A DNA stretch of 64,000 nt. It comes from Amoebophrya sp. A120. Its lineage: Eukaryota > Protista > Dinoflagellata. The position numbers were made by a program, and so were the translations under genes. The notes under the pieces were generated by a model that did no database searches, was not told the DNA's origin, and saw only the letters and a program-made list of their open reading frames with translations. The first letter of the stretch is position 1. Each line of letters starts with the position of its first letter. Positions 46,901 to 59,400 of this stretch are shown here, in pieces. The DNA is taken from assembly GCA_905178155.1 (NCBI GenBank), contig CAJINV010000007.1, positions 4,552,258 to 4,616,257 of the forward strand, read 5' to 3'.

Positions 46901-49900
46901 AAAGTGGTTCTCGTACTGCTGGTTTTCATCATCTCCGAGAGATTTTGATACTGATATCTTCGGACACTGCACCCCGTTTACCGCGAACTGGTAGTCAGGT
47001 GCGTATTCCGCGGAATCGGGCAGGTAGGCGCAGATGAGCGAGAGCTGTTTGTGCTGCAGTTTGGGAAGCAACTGCTGCAACTCCGTCTCCGTCGCGGGAA
47101 CGCGGTCAGTGGTGCTGTCTTCTTCGAGTCCACCGGGGACGCCGGGCTTCGTTGCGGGAAGTGGGGTCGCCGGCCTGGTGAACCAGAACTTTGTCTCCGA
47201 CCCCGCGTCTTTCAACCGGCTGGTGAGGGAAAACCTGCAAATAACATGATCTGGCCTTATTTCGTTGCGCGAAACAAGAATGTATGATCACGGTGTGTTG
47301 ATGGAGAGCACGCTTGTCGACTTCGCATCGAGCAGGGGCCCGAAGTAGATATCTCGCTTTTGCGACAGTACGCATCGCGGGCACTGCAAATACTAGACAA
47401 TCAATAGTAGAAGTGGAATCAAAAATCCTATACCAACCCGCGCGTCCAGATGCGTTTTTGGCTGCTGGTGAAAAGTTCCTTTCCGGACTCATCGCACCAC
47501 TTCATCCGGGGCGCAATCCGGTAATGTCGCACGGCGACGTCGAGGCAGTTCTCCGCTACGAAAAGCCGCTTCGGCGCCAACTCCGACGCTCTCCGCTTAT
47601 TCAGGCCCGCGTCTGTGTAGTAGAAGTGAGTGACTTCATTCACAGTCTCACAGCTGCCTGTGGTCGCAACGAGCGACGGGATGGATGTGCTGAGGATTGT
47701 ATCATTTTTCATTCGAGCAGTCGAACTGCTCCATGCAGCGGCCGAGGCTGTGTCACCCTGTACCCGTCCCGATTCGTCCCCTGCTGGTTCGATAACCTCC
47801 GCACCACCGCCACCAGCAGAATCTCTGTTCTTCTCGTCGAACAGGCCCGCCGGAAGAGGATGGAAGTGCCACCCAATACAGTCCCCCGGTTGCAGTGCCT
47901 TGTCAACTTTGACATAGGCGACCAAGGAAGGTTTGGATTTATTTGATGTTCTTCCTCCAGACTCTGGAATGCGACCGTGATCCTCCTTGCCAGAAGTTAT
48001 CCCCTCATCGGCAGAGGCAGAGCGTGCACTATCTAGAAGATGACCAACATCTTCGTCTTCATCCAGCTCCGTGCCATCACCACTACTGGTCTCCGGATCC
48101 ACAAATTGCACGTTTGTTACCAGTTGCTCCGTGATTTCCGTGATGCTGTCCTCCAAATTGAAAAACACGAAGGAGACCAACGCGCGGGCGAAAAACCGCA
48201 CGGAGATTGCCTCGACGAACTGCTGCCCGAAACCGTGGTAGCACAGGTCCTTGGACCAAACGCTGACGCCGTGGGGCGGAAACTTACCCATTCCTGCGCG
48301 ATTTTTACGAACATTAGGCAGTCCGCCACCTGCTGGAGTTGGGATACCACGATGACGATTCTTGCATTTATATATTTTACGCAAAAATACTATACACAAC
48401 AAGCTACGAAGACGACAATACGCCAGAACAACAACGAGAACATCTTCAGACAAACCGAGCTTGTGCCAGCTGATCGCGATCCTCTTCCTGCAATACCGCA
48501 GGTTAGGTAGAACTTAGATGAGATTTCTTTCCGCTTTCATTTTTGCTCCATCCAAACCGATACGCAAATCCGTTTTTGCTTCCGTGTTTTGCCAGTTCCT
48601 GTTCCAAATAATCTCGCTGACCCGCGTAGTAAGAATTCGCGAGGTCCACAACTTCCGCCGAAATGTCCTCAAACTTGAGGAACATTTTCCCGCCCCCGAG
48701 CACGTTCTGCTTCGGAATCTTGAAATTCTGGTCGCTGTCGAGTGCGGGTTTTGAAGTCCCATCTGTTTCGAGCTTGAGGGAATCCAAAATGTTCTGGTTG
48801 ATCTCTTTCTTCAGATGACTACGAAGCACGTCGATTGCTGCTTCAGAAGATTCATTGTTGTCTGGCGTGCCATCGCGTCTATCAACTTGTGTCGTCATTC
48901 CGGCTCCAGAGTTTTCGCCTGCACCGGACTCTTGGTCTCGTCCTTCTTCTTTCCGCGTAGAAGTGCTCGTCAGAAACTCCCTGACCCGCACCAAGCCGCT
49001 GACGGTCAAGGCTTCTTGCATGTGAATTACCAACACGTTGTCCTTGCCGAGAATCAACTTCGTCATTTCAATCCTTTCCTCCCAGTTGCCCCAGCCCCGT
49101 CCCGGCACGCAGTCCGTCAGGTTGTACCGAATCATTTTCTCGAAGTATCAACTGTAAAAATGTCTGGGTCCTCTGGAAGAATTCATGTTTGTCATGCTTG
49201 TCTGGCATGACTCTTAAATCTGTCATGCACGTTACCCAAGAGCTCCGCTTTTCTGTGATGCAGAGTCGCAGTTTGTCATGCAGAATAGGCAACACCTAGG
49301 AGCTCAGAAACTTGTCATGCTGAGCCAGCATTTGTAGCCTCATCATGAGACGCTACCCAGCATCACAAGTTCCCAGACCCAGAGGACATTTTTACTTTTG
49401 ATACGAAGTCTGTGTCCACCATTTCGCTGCACCGCATGCGTTATCATGAGCAAAAGTATCGCACTCGTACACAGACACAATCTGACTACCATCTAATTGT
49501 AGCCATGCATGACAAATGCGACCTCGCTGTAACGTATACCTACGTGAGCCTATGCGAAATGAGCATTCCAAGTTCAATTTGAAAGTAATTTCCATCCACT
49601 AATACAATTATACTTTTGCAGAATGCATATGTGATTGTAGTGAGAAAGCAACGCGTCGAGGGGGTCGGAGATCAGCACGATGGCCTTGGCTTTGCTCGGC
49701 AGGCGGTGCAGAGTGTCGGTCGACTCAATCACCCGGGGGTCCTTCACGCCGCGGAGGGGTCTCGATATCTTGTCAAGGTTCCCCGCCACGAGCCGCCGGC
49801 TCTTTGCGGTTATGGTCGTTCTGCTCGAAGATGACAAAAGATCACCCTGCTCGAGGACGTCGTCCTCGTTCATCTTCTCTTTTCCTTCTGTCCTCTCGTC

Positions 49901-52736
49901 CACATCTGTTTTTCCTGATTGTCGCGGGGGAAAAGAGGTCAGGAGCTGCATGTAGGCGGTTTCAGGCACTGCGTAGTTGTTCGACAATTCGTAGCCCCAG
50001 AACGTGGATTCGCAGAACTCCTCCCTGACTATCCTGTGCAAAAGTATCGCACTCGTACTAATTGCAAATATGCATGACAAATTTCTTTCCTAAGGCAAAA
50101 CAGCATTACACATTCCACTTTCCTTCTTGCTAAAATTTGCAATGCATTTATACGAGTACGATACTTTTGCAGTTCATACTGACATCTCCCCCGCAATTGG
50201 CCATCTCCACGCCCGGAACGTAGTGGTGCAGACTGTACGCCAGAGACGTGGTTCCCGACTTCGCGAAGCCGACGATGACAAAGTCAATCTCCACATCGTT
50301 CCAGTTCAGCAGCGGCTCGATGCGAACCGTGAAGCGTCTCGCGATGAAATGCGGCAGGAGGAGTTCCTTGGGGAAGATGTTTTTCCTATTTTTCACCTCG
50401 TCCAAGTCATGGATCGAGGAGATCAAGCCCGGCTTTCCGCAGGTCTCGAGCGGGAGGCAAATGCCGAAGGAGGACTCCACCCAACCCCACTGCTCCCCGG
50501 TGTTTTGGTCGGTGAACATGTTGACGAGTCGCACCAGGAAGTTTTTCCCCTGTGCGTCCTTGCAGCTCTGGAAGGTCTCCGTGAAAAACCGCTTTTTGTA
50601 CCGCTCGGTGGGCGACGCTATGGCCTGCCAGATCGCCGCGGAGCCGCGCTCGCGAATGTACTGGGTGGTCACAGGGTAGCCGAGGAAATACTTCAGCCCG
50701 TCGGTTTGCGGCTGCGATTGATGAGACTCTGACTCGTCCGGGTGGGTTGTAGTTATTTCTGCTTGGTTTCTATTCGGGTCATCGTCATCCACAGGCGCGC
50801 CTGCGGCAACGGCTGATGTCGTCCCGGTTTCCTGCTTATGTGCACCAGAGGATTTTGCTGTGGCGGTCGTAGTTCCAGCAGCGGAAGTTGTGGGTAAGTC
50901 GTTAGTGCCACTAAGCACGTCCGGAATTCGCTCTGGTCCCTCCCATTTCTCCAGGAAATCAGCGACGCAGCGCTGCATGTCGGGAGAAAATTTCTCTCTG
51001 TAGGTATTCCACTTCTTGGCGGAGTTCTTGTGCGGCTCGGGCTCAGAATTGCTTGTAATTTGCGCGCTCCGTCGTGATTCTTGGGAAGCCGCTGCACTAG
51101 CACGACTACTTTGCGGCCCTTCAGCTACAGAACGACCTTCTTGCTGCTGCAGGAGCAGCTCCGCCTTAGCCTTCAAGTACTCCGCTCTCACCTTTTTGTA
51201 CGCCAAAGACGGCGTGAAGGTCCGCACTTTCGGCGGCAACACGCGCTGCTTCCAGCCCTTCTCCACCGTGCCCGAGCGGGATGTCTCAAACCACTGCAGT
51301 TGCATTACTTCCGCGCAACACGCAGCGGACGGTGTGGAGCGGGAAATGTCCTCCAAAACGATGTCCTTGGAGAAGTGCTGCTTCCACTGCTCGGGCGTGA
51401 GAAACCGGCTCTGTTTCCTCGCTTTTCTGCGGCTGAATGCGATACTGAAATGCTGGTTTTCGTCAGGAAGTCGCTGCACCTCGGTGATGTTCCAAAAAGA
51501 AGACTCCGTCGGGAAGAGAGAGTCGACTGTGGCGGGGACGTCGCCGTCGGCCTCGGGCAGCATGGCAGTGGTTGTTGTTGTGGATTGTTCCTTTATTGCG
51601 GCTACTACATTTTCGCCTTTCGTCGCCCCGAGGCCCGCCGCCAATTCCCACCTCCGGAACTTCTGGTAGTCGCGCACCAGGTCCGAGTCGAACTGCGGAT
51701 ACGATTGCAAAACCACGTCGAAATTCATGGTGCGCCGTTCCGGGTGGTGCAAGTCCCAGGGGAGCGCCCCGATGCCCCCAAACATGAGCTGCAAGAACCT
51801 GGGCAGAACCAGTTCCACGATCAGCGCATTGGCGTCGAACTCTGCCCTCGCCGCGGCCGTGGCCGCCACCGGCTCCGCGCACACGCGGGGGACGCACAGC
51901 GCCATGGTGATGTCCTCGCGGGTGACGTGCGCGAACTGCGGATGGGGCGACCGCCGGTAGGCGTGCTGCATCCGCTGTTTGATGGTGTCGTGGAGTTTTG
52001 CCGGCCTCGTGGGCCGCGAGTAGTGCCCATCGCGGTCGTCGACGGAATATTTCTTGGGAAAGTTGTTCATGGTCGTTCCGTAGGTGTGGATATACTCGTG
52101 CGGATAGAAAAGCAACTCCACCCAGTAGTAGTTACTCCTCTGGATTTCTACGTCAAGCTCTTCGGATTTGTCCCGACGACCCCCAGCTTGTTCTCTACTC
52201 GGCAGGACGGTGGTGGTCTCCGCCCCGTGCAGTTGTTGCTCGTGTAGTTCTTGTGCGTCGAGTTGTGGACGAGGTTCTGGGTCTGGTTCGTCTCCGCCCC
52301 CACTGACGCAAGCCGAGCGCATCCAGTAGAAAGACCCGTCCGGCATATCGGCGGCGGAGAGCAGGGAAAAAGAAATCATGTGTCTATCGTACAACTTCTT
52401 CCTCAGCTCCGCATCACACCGTATCGCCGGCTTCAAGTGCGTCGCCTCGAACTTGTGGGGTGCGAAGGGGCGGGGGTCATGGACTTCGCTAGCAACTCCA
52501 TGGCTCGCCGAATGTAGGATATCGCTGGACGAGGCACTGCGGGTGGCAGCAGCTCCTTCAGCCTCATCTTCAACATCTCGTCGAGGCGGTAGCTGTTCTA
52601 GTTGCTGCTGACCAGAACAAACCAATGGCGGCGCAACGATATCTTGGTGAACCAAGAGCAACAAGAGTAGAGAAAACATAGAGCAACGTCGGTGTCGCGT
52701 GTACGACAACGAGTGTGTCCATAGCGGAGGATTCAT
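43952..52736 (-). CDS. Probable secretory-pathway multidomain protein: PAPS sulfotransferase domain plus C-terminal CgeB/Glyco_trans_1_2-like glycosyltransferase region (may be two genes)
   Basis: Hydrophobic N-terminus; 5'PSB-like DFVIVGFAKSGTTSL; 3'PB-like KAIVLISDPLDALLSHY; C-terminal LKARGFEAAMG..FEQFFTPGEDFLY. Three introners plus phase-compatible GT-AG introns ~48330-48513 and 47235-47437. Confidence 0.6.
49146..49403. mobile_element. Introner, family A
   Basis: TSD CGAAG; joins DTDF|EKMIRY. Confidence 0.93.
49442..49629. mobile_element. Introner, family B (diverged)
   Basis: TSD TGCGT/TGTGA; joins HYNH|MRCSEM. Confidence 0.8.
50030..50178. mobile_element. Introner, family B
   Basis: TSD CTGAC; joins GDV|REEFCE. 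Confidence 0.92.
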
Positions 52737-53493
52737 TTTTCGTACCTAATTAGGTAGTGAAACACTGCATCTAGCCGTAGCTGCGCATCTTGAGTAGAGG
52801 GAAATAAACAAATACACTACTTAAATTGATACCGTTGTCGTGATGGGGAACGCAGCTTTACTGCCCAAGATCATGTCAAAGCAGATACCGATGAGAAACT
52901 CAAATCGTGTATGCGTGGCTTCCCATAAAAAAACGGTACATGACTTGTCGCGAGCCTGTCTGTCAGTGTCACTGTCGCCACACACGGCGTACATCTACAT
53001 GTACTGCTCCGCCAATAACGAATCATGACATGGATATTTTCTCGTGTTATCCTGGCCAATCGTGACTGTCCGTTGTTCATTCTTGACAAAAAAGTACGTA
53101 AAGAATGCAACACCAGAACCAGAAGCCTTGTCCATGCGACACAATCGAAGAAAAACAAAAATCCAAGATCAGCAAGTCATAGTAGTTTACGCTAATATGC
53201 TAGTGTACAGCTACAGATCGACCTTCCTTGTCCTGTATTCTCAAAAACAAAAACTGATGCTATTGGGTCTATCAAAAAGCTTGAACCTGCGGTGAGAAAC
53301 TTCATCGTTCATATTCTTTCAAGTAATGCTGAAAACTCTTGTATTGACTTTTCACTTTTGCAGAATCCGGGGCTAGACCAGCTTTGTGTCGATGAGGTGG
53401 CTGCAGCTGCAAGCGTACGACCAGAAGCTACTTGCGCACACGACCAAAGACAAACAGCTGCCAAAATCAGACGTCTGTCGACAAAAAAGAAAC

Positions 53494-56400
53494 TTAGCTG
53501 TTGTCTCCGCCTAGTAAGTTAAAGTACCTCAGGCCTTCTCTCGGCATTCTCCTTGCCGAGCTAATTCTACCTTGCAGCTGTTCGCGTGCCTCCTGATCCC
53601 ACCTACTTCTAACGTTCGTCTTTTTCTCGGCTGGTGGAAACCTCGCCCCCATTCGCGCATCGTATGGGCCCCATTGGCAGCACCCCGGGCACTGCACCTG
53701 CACGAGCGTCGGCGGTAGCGGCATGCACTCGAGAAAGAGAATCGCGCAGAAACAGGTCGGCACGTAGGGGGGCACGGAGACGTAGCGCTTTCGGTTTGTC
53801 GTTCGAATGTACTGCTCGAAACACTCGGTGTGCAGCAGGAGATTGCATTTTGGATTGCGGGCAACGCAATACGCTGGATGCGGCGGTCGGTCCGGGGCCA
53901 GATCATCATCCGTGGGGACAACGGTTGGTACAGGAGGCGGCGCCATAATATTTTCGCCAGTGGACTGCACTACAGGAGATTCTTCTTGTTCTTCGTGATC
54001 GTGTGCTCGACTCTCAGCAGCAAAATTATCGGCGTCGCTGAGCTCATCGTTATCTTCGTCCGACGGTGAAAGCTGCTCCATGTCTAAGACAGCCCAGGTA
54101 GAAGTTCTTGAGCTAGAGGTAGAGAGCCTCCTCAGGTGTCTACCTCGAACTACGTGAGAAGAAGCCGGAGGTGCTGCCGTGTTTCCACGAGTTCTCGTAT
54201 TATCCGTTGCAGATGAAGCATTGCTCCCCGTGCAGCTGACCAATCTGGAAAGCAGCGCCCTCAGCATGTGCCGATACGCGTTCATGCACGTGCAGCTTCT
54301 TCCGGTTCTAACCCGTGGCCGTAGCTGTGTTCGTGGTCCTGATGGCTGGCCGCGAAGCAGGGGCTCGTCGCTAGCAAGAAGACGAGCGTCAGGTGCGTCC
54401 TCCGAGTCATTATTTCTTGTCCCAGACGCAGGTCGTAGTTCCTCGCCGGCGTATAATTGTCGCCGACCCTGAGGGGCCTCGTCCGCAGCAGTAACAGACC
54501 TACCGCCTTGGTCAACATCCGTTCTGCTGCTTCCTCGCAGCATCTGGGCCCGGGACGCTGCGTCCAGTACGAAAGCAGAGGCAAAAATGTCGTTGAATAA
54601 GCGCCGGCGAAGTTCCTCACTTTCATGAAGGACCGTGTGATCTTGTTCAGTGCCACCATCCACAAACTCCGCGTTTAAACGGTTGCGATTTCCTTCTTGT
54701 CGGTTCCGACTACTAGCACCTGTCGATATTGTCCCTGTGTAGGAGGTCATGGAAGCGGCTGCCTCCAACCGTTCGCCCGATGTTGGAGGACGTCGATCGG
54801 CAAAGTAGGTGGAAGCACCGGCAAGCTCCCCGCGGTATTCTTCGTTCTCACCTGCGGTGCTAGTAGAATTCATGCGACCTCCCCCGCGCTGCTGCAGCTC
54901 CCTTCTTTCGAGCGACGACTGCCGTTCGTGTCGCGGTGCTCCGTCAACTTCGCTTGTACATGAAACTTCACTTGTTTCAGACCTAGAGCCAGCACCTCGT
55001 TCCAGCGAGGAAAGCCGAAGATGCGATGATGAAAAGGAGCAAGAGGCGGCATTTGCGAAAAGGCTGCTCGAGGGGCTTGCAGGACGCAGCGGGGCTGCAG
55101 GAGAGGAGACGTCGCGCATGTCAGCATCTGGGAAGACCCCATGCCTACTGTCCAAGGGCGCAGGCGCTGCGGCAGGAGGACGCGAACGCGCTAGGAAAGC
55201 ACTATTGCCCTCCTGCGCGCCGGGAAGATGCCGCCACGTTTTCTCTGCGTCCAAATTGATCACACGATGGCCCACCTCTGGCCGTCGCAAATCTTGATCC
55301 TGCAGCGGTCGTTGCTCATTAACGGCTTCAGGGCCTTCTCGACATTGGTCCTGAGAGGAAAGTGACGGAAAGAACAGTGAGGAGTGCTCGTCGACGGGTA
55401 CGGGTTCGTCAATTTCCACTACTGGAAACTCGTGATTAAATAGAGAGGAGCTCCTTACCTGCTGCCCATCTGCGCTACCGCAACTACCTCCGGTTGAAAG
55501 ATGCAATTTTAATTTTTCGCTTTCCTGGTAGTTTCTCGCGTCGAGCACCAACATCTTGCGAGCGCCTGGAAACGAAGTGCCGGTGAATGCGTCATAGCGT
55601 TGGCGGCGCAGGAGCGAAGCTTTTTCTTTTTTCTCTTCGCGCGGTGCTCGCGACTGCATCTCTGAGCTTTCTTCTGGCGCTCTTCCTCCTGTTTCCGAGT
55701 CTTCTCCGAGAGGTCGGCTGTTCGATGACATGTCAGCCGCCGAACCTTGTGCGTCCAAATGACCAGCTTCGAAGGTGCTGGGAGCAGCAGGGATAGACGC
55801 AACCGAAGACGCTGCCTCGGTTCCTGCGTTGCGCCGCGATAGTGATTGAACCGGAAAAATTCCTGTCCTTTCATCTAATGCCGTGGGCAACATCTTCTTC
55901 CTCGAAGACTCAAAATCTGCAGGAGTCGATACATGCTGCCCAGATGAAATAGATCCCCACAAACGTGCGTTCGCAAAACTAAGCAGACGCTCGATCTGCC
56001 TTCTCGAGGCTTTATTGGCGTCACGCAGGTCAATTTGCAGCTCCATGTCTTTTCTCGCCTGATCTCGTTGCCTTCGACCTTCAATCCGCTTGCTCCTATG
56101 CGGATTATTTGGAGCACTGGAGCTCCCTGCAGCTGCGTCAGCATAATTCTGATCTACTTTTTGCGACCCCTCTGGATCTGACTGCTCCGCTCGTAGTATA
56201 CTGGCTTGTTGCGAAGAACCAATCGCCACTGATTTGTTGCGAGGCAGCGCCATCTGCCGGATCGCAGCTTCCTGGTCTAGGAAAGGGATAACAGCTTCGG
56301 CAGCCGGCACCGAATGAGATGACGCACTCCCGGCGTATTTTTGATTGGGTGGCATTATCGAGGCAGCGCCCATCGTGCTACTATTGTCATCGTCATCCTC

Positions 56401-59400
56401 CTTTTCCGCTAAGATAGCAGCCCCCACGTCTATGTCTTCGCAAACGACATCTCGTTGTTGTCGTGCTGAAGCCATGTCGCTTACGTTGGACGTGCGGTTA
56501 ACAGCAGAAAGCTGTGTGCTAGTCCCGTTACGTTTCGCAGAACCCGAGGAAGACGAAGAAGTGTAGTAGTTCTTCATCTGCTCATCATCTTGATCTTGGG
56601 TACGTAACACATCTTCCCCTTCCTCCAGCAAGGTCAGTCGATCACAGGTTTTTTTCAGTTGCAGATACGCGTGCATCTCCTCCAAGCCGGTGCCGTACTC
56701 CAGCAGGAACGAAAGCGCATCGACTAAGAGCATCAGGTCTTCTATCGCGATCGTTGTCAACATCTCATCGGTAATAGCCTTCATCGCGTCGCTCAGCACA
56801 AGAACGTACTTCAACGCCGAGGTGACTTGTTTCAACGGATCAGAAGATTCGTCAGCATCTTCACAGCCGCTCTTGTTTCCCTTGTTTTTGTTGCGCGGCG
56901 CTCCCGCAACATGACAAACTTTCGGAAATGGGCACTCCCGGATCGTCACCAGCACTGCGTCAACCAATGCCGTGGCCCGCATCTGGGTTTCCGACCTGAA
57001 CCGAGATGCACCTCGCTGATACGCCTCGGCTTCGCGCTGCACCCAGGCCTGGTCAAGCCAACGCTTGTGAATCTCCTGGTGAATGGCCAGCAGCCGACAG
57101 TCGCTCTCGAGGGTTCTCAGGCGCTCGCTGAACACGCGCGCGAAATCTTCCTGGTGTTGCACAGCGACGATCGTGGACGCAGCTGGGTCCGAGGGCGCAG
57201 CTGGCAGAACTTGCTTCTCGGTACGCTCTGCCTTGTTTTGATTCTCAAATTGATGAGTCACTTGATGCTTCCGTTGGAAAACTTCTGCTGCTCGTGTTCG
57301 CGTCGTTTTGTCTGGCTGGAAAGAGGTCCCAGCTGAACTGTTCTGAATTCCCTGATCACGATCCTCAATTGTAGTTGTCGTGTCTGCACTTAAACCAAGA
57401 CCGAAGTGAGGATCGCAGGCAGCACACGCTCCTGTCGAAGAAGACAATTCCTCCTCTTCGTGAAAGCCACCAGCAACCTCTATGCCCAATCCAAATCTAC
57501 CACCATCATGTCGCTCCTGCGAATCGTGAACGTGTCCCCCGCTAGATGTCAGCACGCCAGCAGTCAAACCCAGCGCAACGTACGGGGATCTGAGTTCTGC
57601 AACGGAATAAGATTGCGACTGAGGCTCGGCTGCTGGCCCCCGTGATATCGCGGTTGATTCAGATTCTCCCGGACCTCCGTCTTCAGCCCCTTGCTCTCCG
57701 ACACTGAAATTAGCCGAATCGTCCGCGACGAACTCCACTGCATGCGTGAGTGGAAGGGATAGTACGTGGCCAAAGAGGTTTCGCACGCACCGGAAGTCCT
57801 GGCGAATCGTCTCGCGCACGATTTGGAAATCGTTGCGAAAACGCTCAGCTATTTCCAACAGGGAAAAATACGCCGCACCTTGCAGTTCCAAGTCAGGATC
57901 TTCCAGAGTTTCAGATTGATTAGGATTATCCTGTCGCCCCCCTCTGGAGAAAACTTGTTGTTCGCGGCCGTCTACTTCCTGCGAGGTCGTCGTGTCTTGC
58001 GCTGGTGGTCGTACAGCTTCTTGTTCCTGCTGCTCTTGCTGCAACTGCTCCTGCGCCGCACTTCCACTTCTCGTAGCAGTTTGCTGCAGAGGAGTCCTCT
58101 GGGTCCTTTCCCGGGCTCCTGGCCGACCGTGTGCCTGATCGAACATCGGCCGTCCGCGCCATGGGAAATCGTCAAAAAAGTTGCTCAGGCCCTCTTGCGC
58201 GCTGCCTTGACCTTGTGAGCCCCAAGTCGTTTCTGCAACGAAGGAAGACCCCACCCATGGGCCGCCCAAGATTCCAGGTGCGCTGCCGCTGTAAGATGTG
58301 CTGCTGGCGAAAGGACCCCTGCTGTCGGGAGCCGTTGTGGTTCCAGCAGGAGCAGCTGCAGTGAAGGCCGCGTCTTCAGTCTCTCTCCTCGCAAGGCCGC
58401 TGCCACTCATTCCGCCTCTCGCTGCACTCGTCGGCGCAGCATCTTCAGGAGAAGAACCGATGGTGCCACGATCACCTCCGCCGAAGAACCAGCTCCGCCC
58501 ACTAGCACTGGCACCGAACCGGATGGGGTTGTCCGTGGGGAAAAAAGACGCCGCTGTTCTCGCTAAATACAGGCGCTCCCCCGGAGAGGGCGGCGATTCA
58601 ACATCGCTGGCGTAGTCCGGCGCTAGCAGCCCGGTGGTCGTTCGGCCTCGACGTCCCCGAACCGCCCTCAGGTACGAAGAAAAGAACGAGGATAAGGTCC
58701 TTGTGCGAGGACTGCTGGGAGATAACGCAGTACTGGTTGTCGAGACCGAGCGCTGTTCCTGTTGCTCCATTGAACTCGAACTTCTTGAATCACGTATGAA
58801 AGCTCTACTTGTCGCCGATGAAGCTCCGGTAGGACGACGAGAAGCATCACTGCCAACTCGAATCCCCAATCTCCCAGCCACCCGGCGAAGCCGAGACGAT
58901 ATGCCCCAACCCACCCGGGTAGCGACAAACAGCGGGTGAAAATGCTCGAGGAAATCCTCCACCGTCTCCTCTTTGCCTTGTGGAATCGGGTGGCCGGCGT
59001 ACCGCGGCGGATGCAAAGGGTTCCCGGGCTCGGCGGCCTGCAGGCAAATCGTGCATTCGCGGGGGTCATGATGCGGAGTTGTGTTGCGTGGGCGTGCGTA
59101 CTTCTGTGATTGTGTTTTGCTGCATGTCGGTGATAAGGGACCCGACTGCGATGATAAGGGACCCGAGTCCGCAGTGCGGCTGTTCTTAGGGGGTTCCCTC
59201 GTTCTTTGTGAAGATGACGAAAAAACTGAAACCGTACTCTCTTCCAGAGGTGGCACAACAACTTCTCGCCCGGTTGCAGCGTCGTCTCTTGGTGGGAAAA
59301 AAGCCAAAGGTAGATTCGAAACAGACGGGGGAGAGATACGGATCGTCTCCGTGGTGCTAGTAGACGGTTGTAGGTGTGGTTCTACTCCGTGGTGTCGCAA

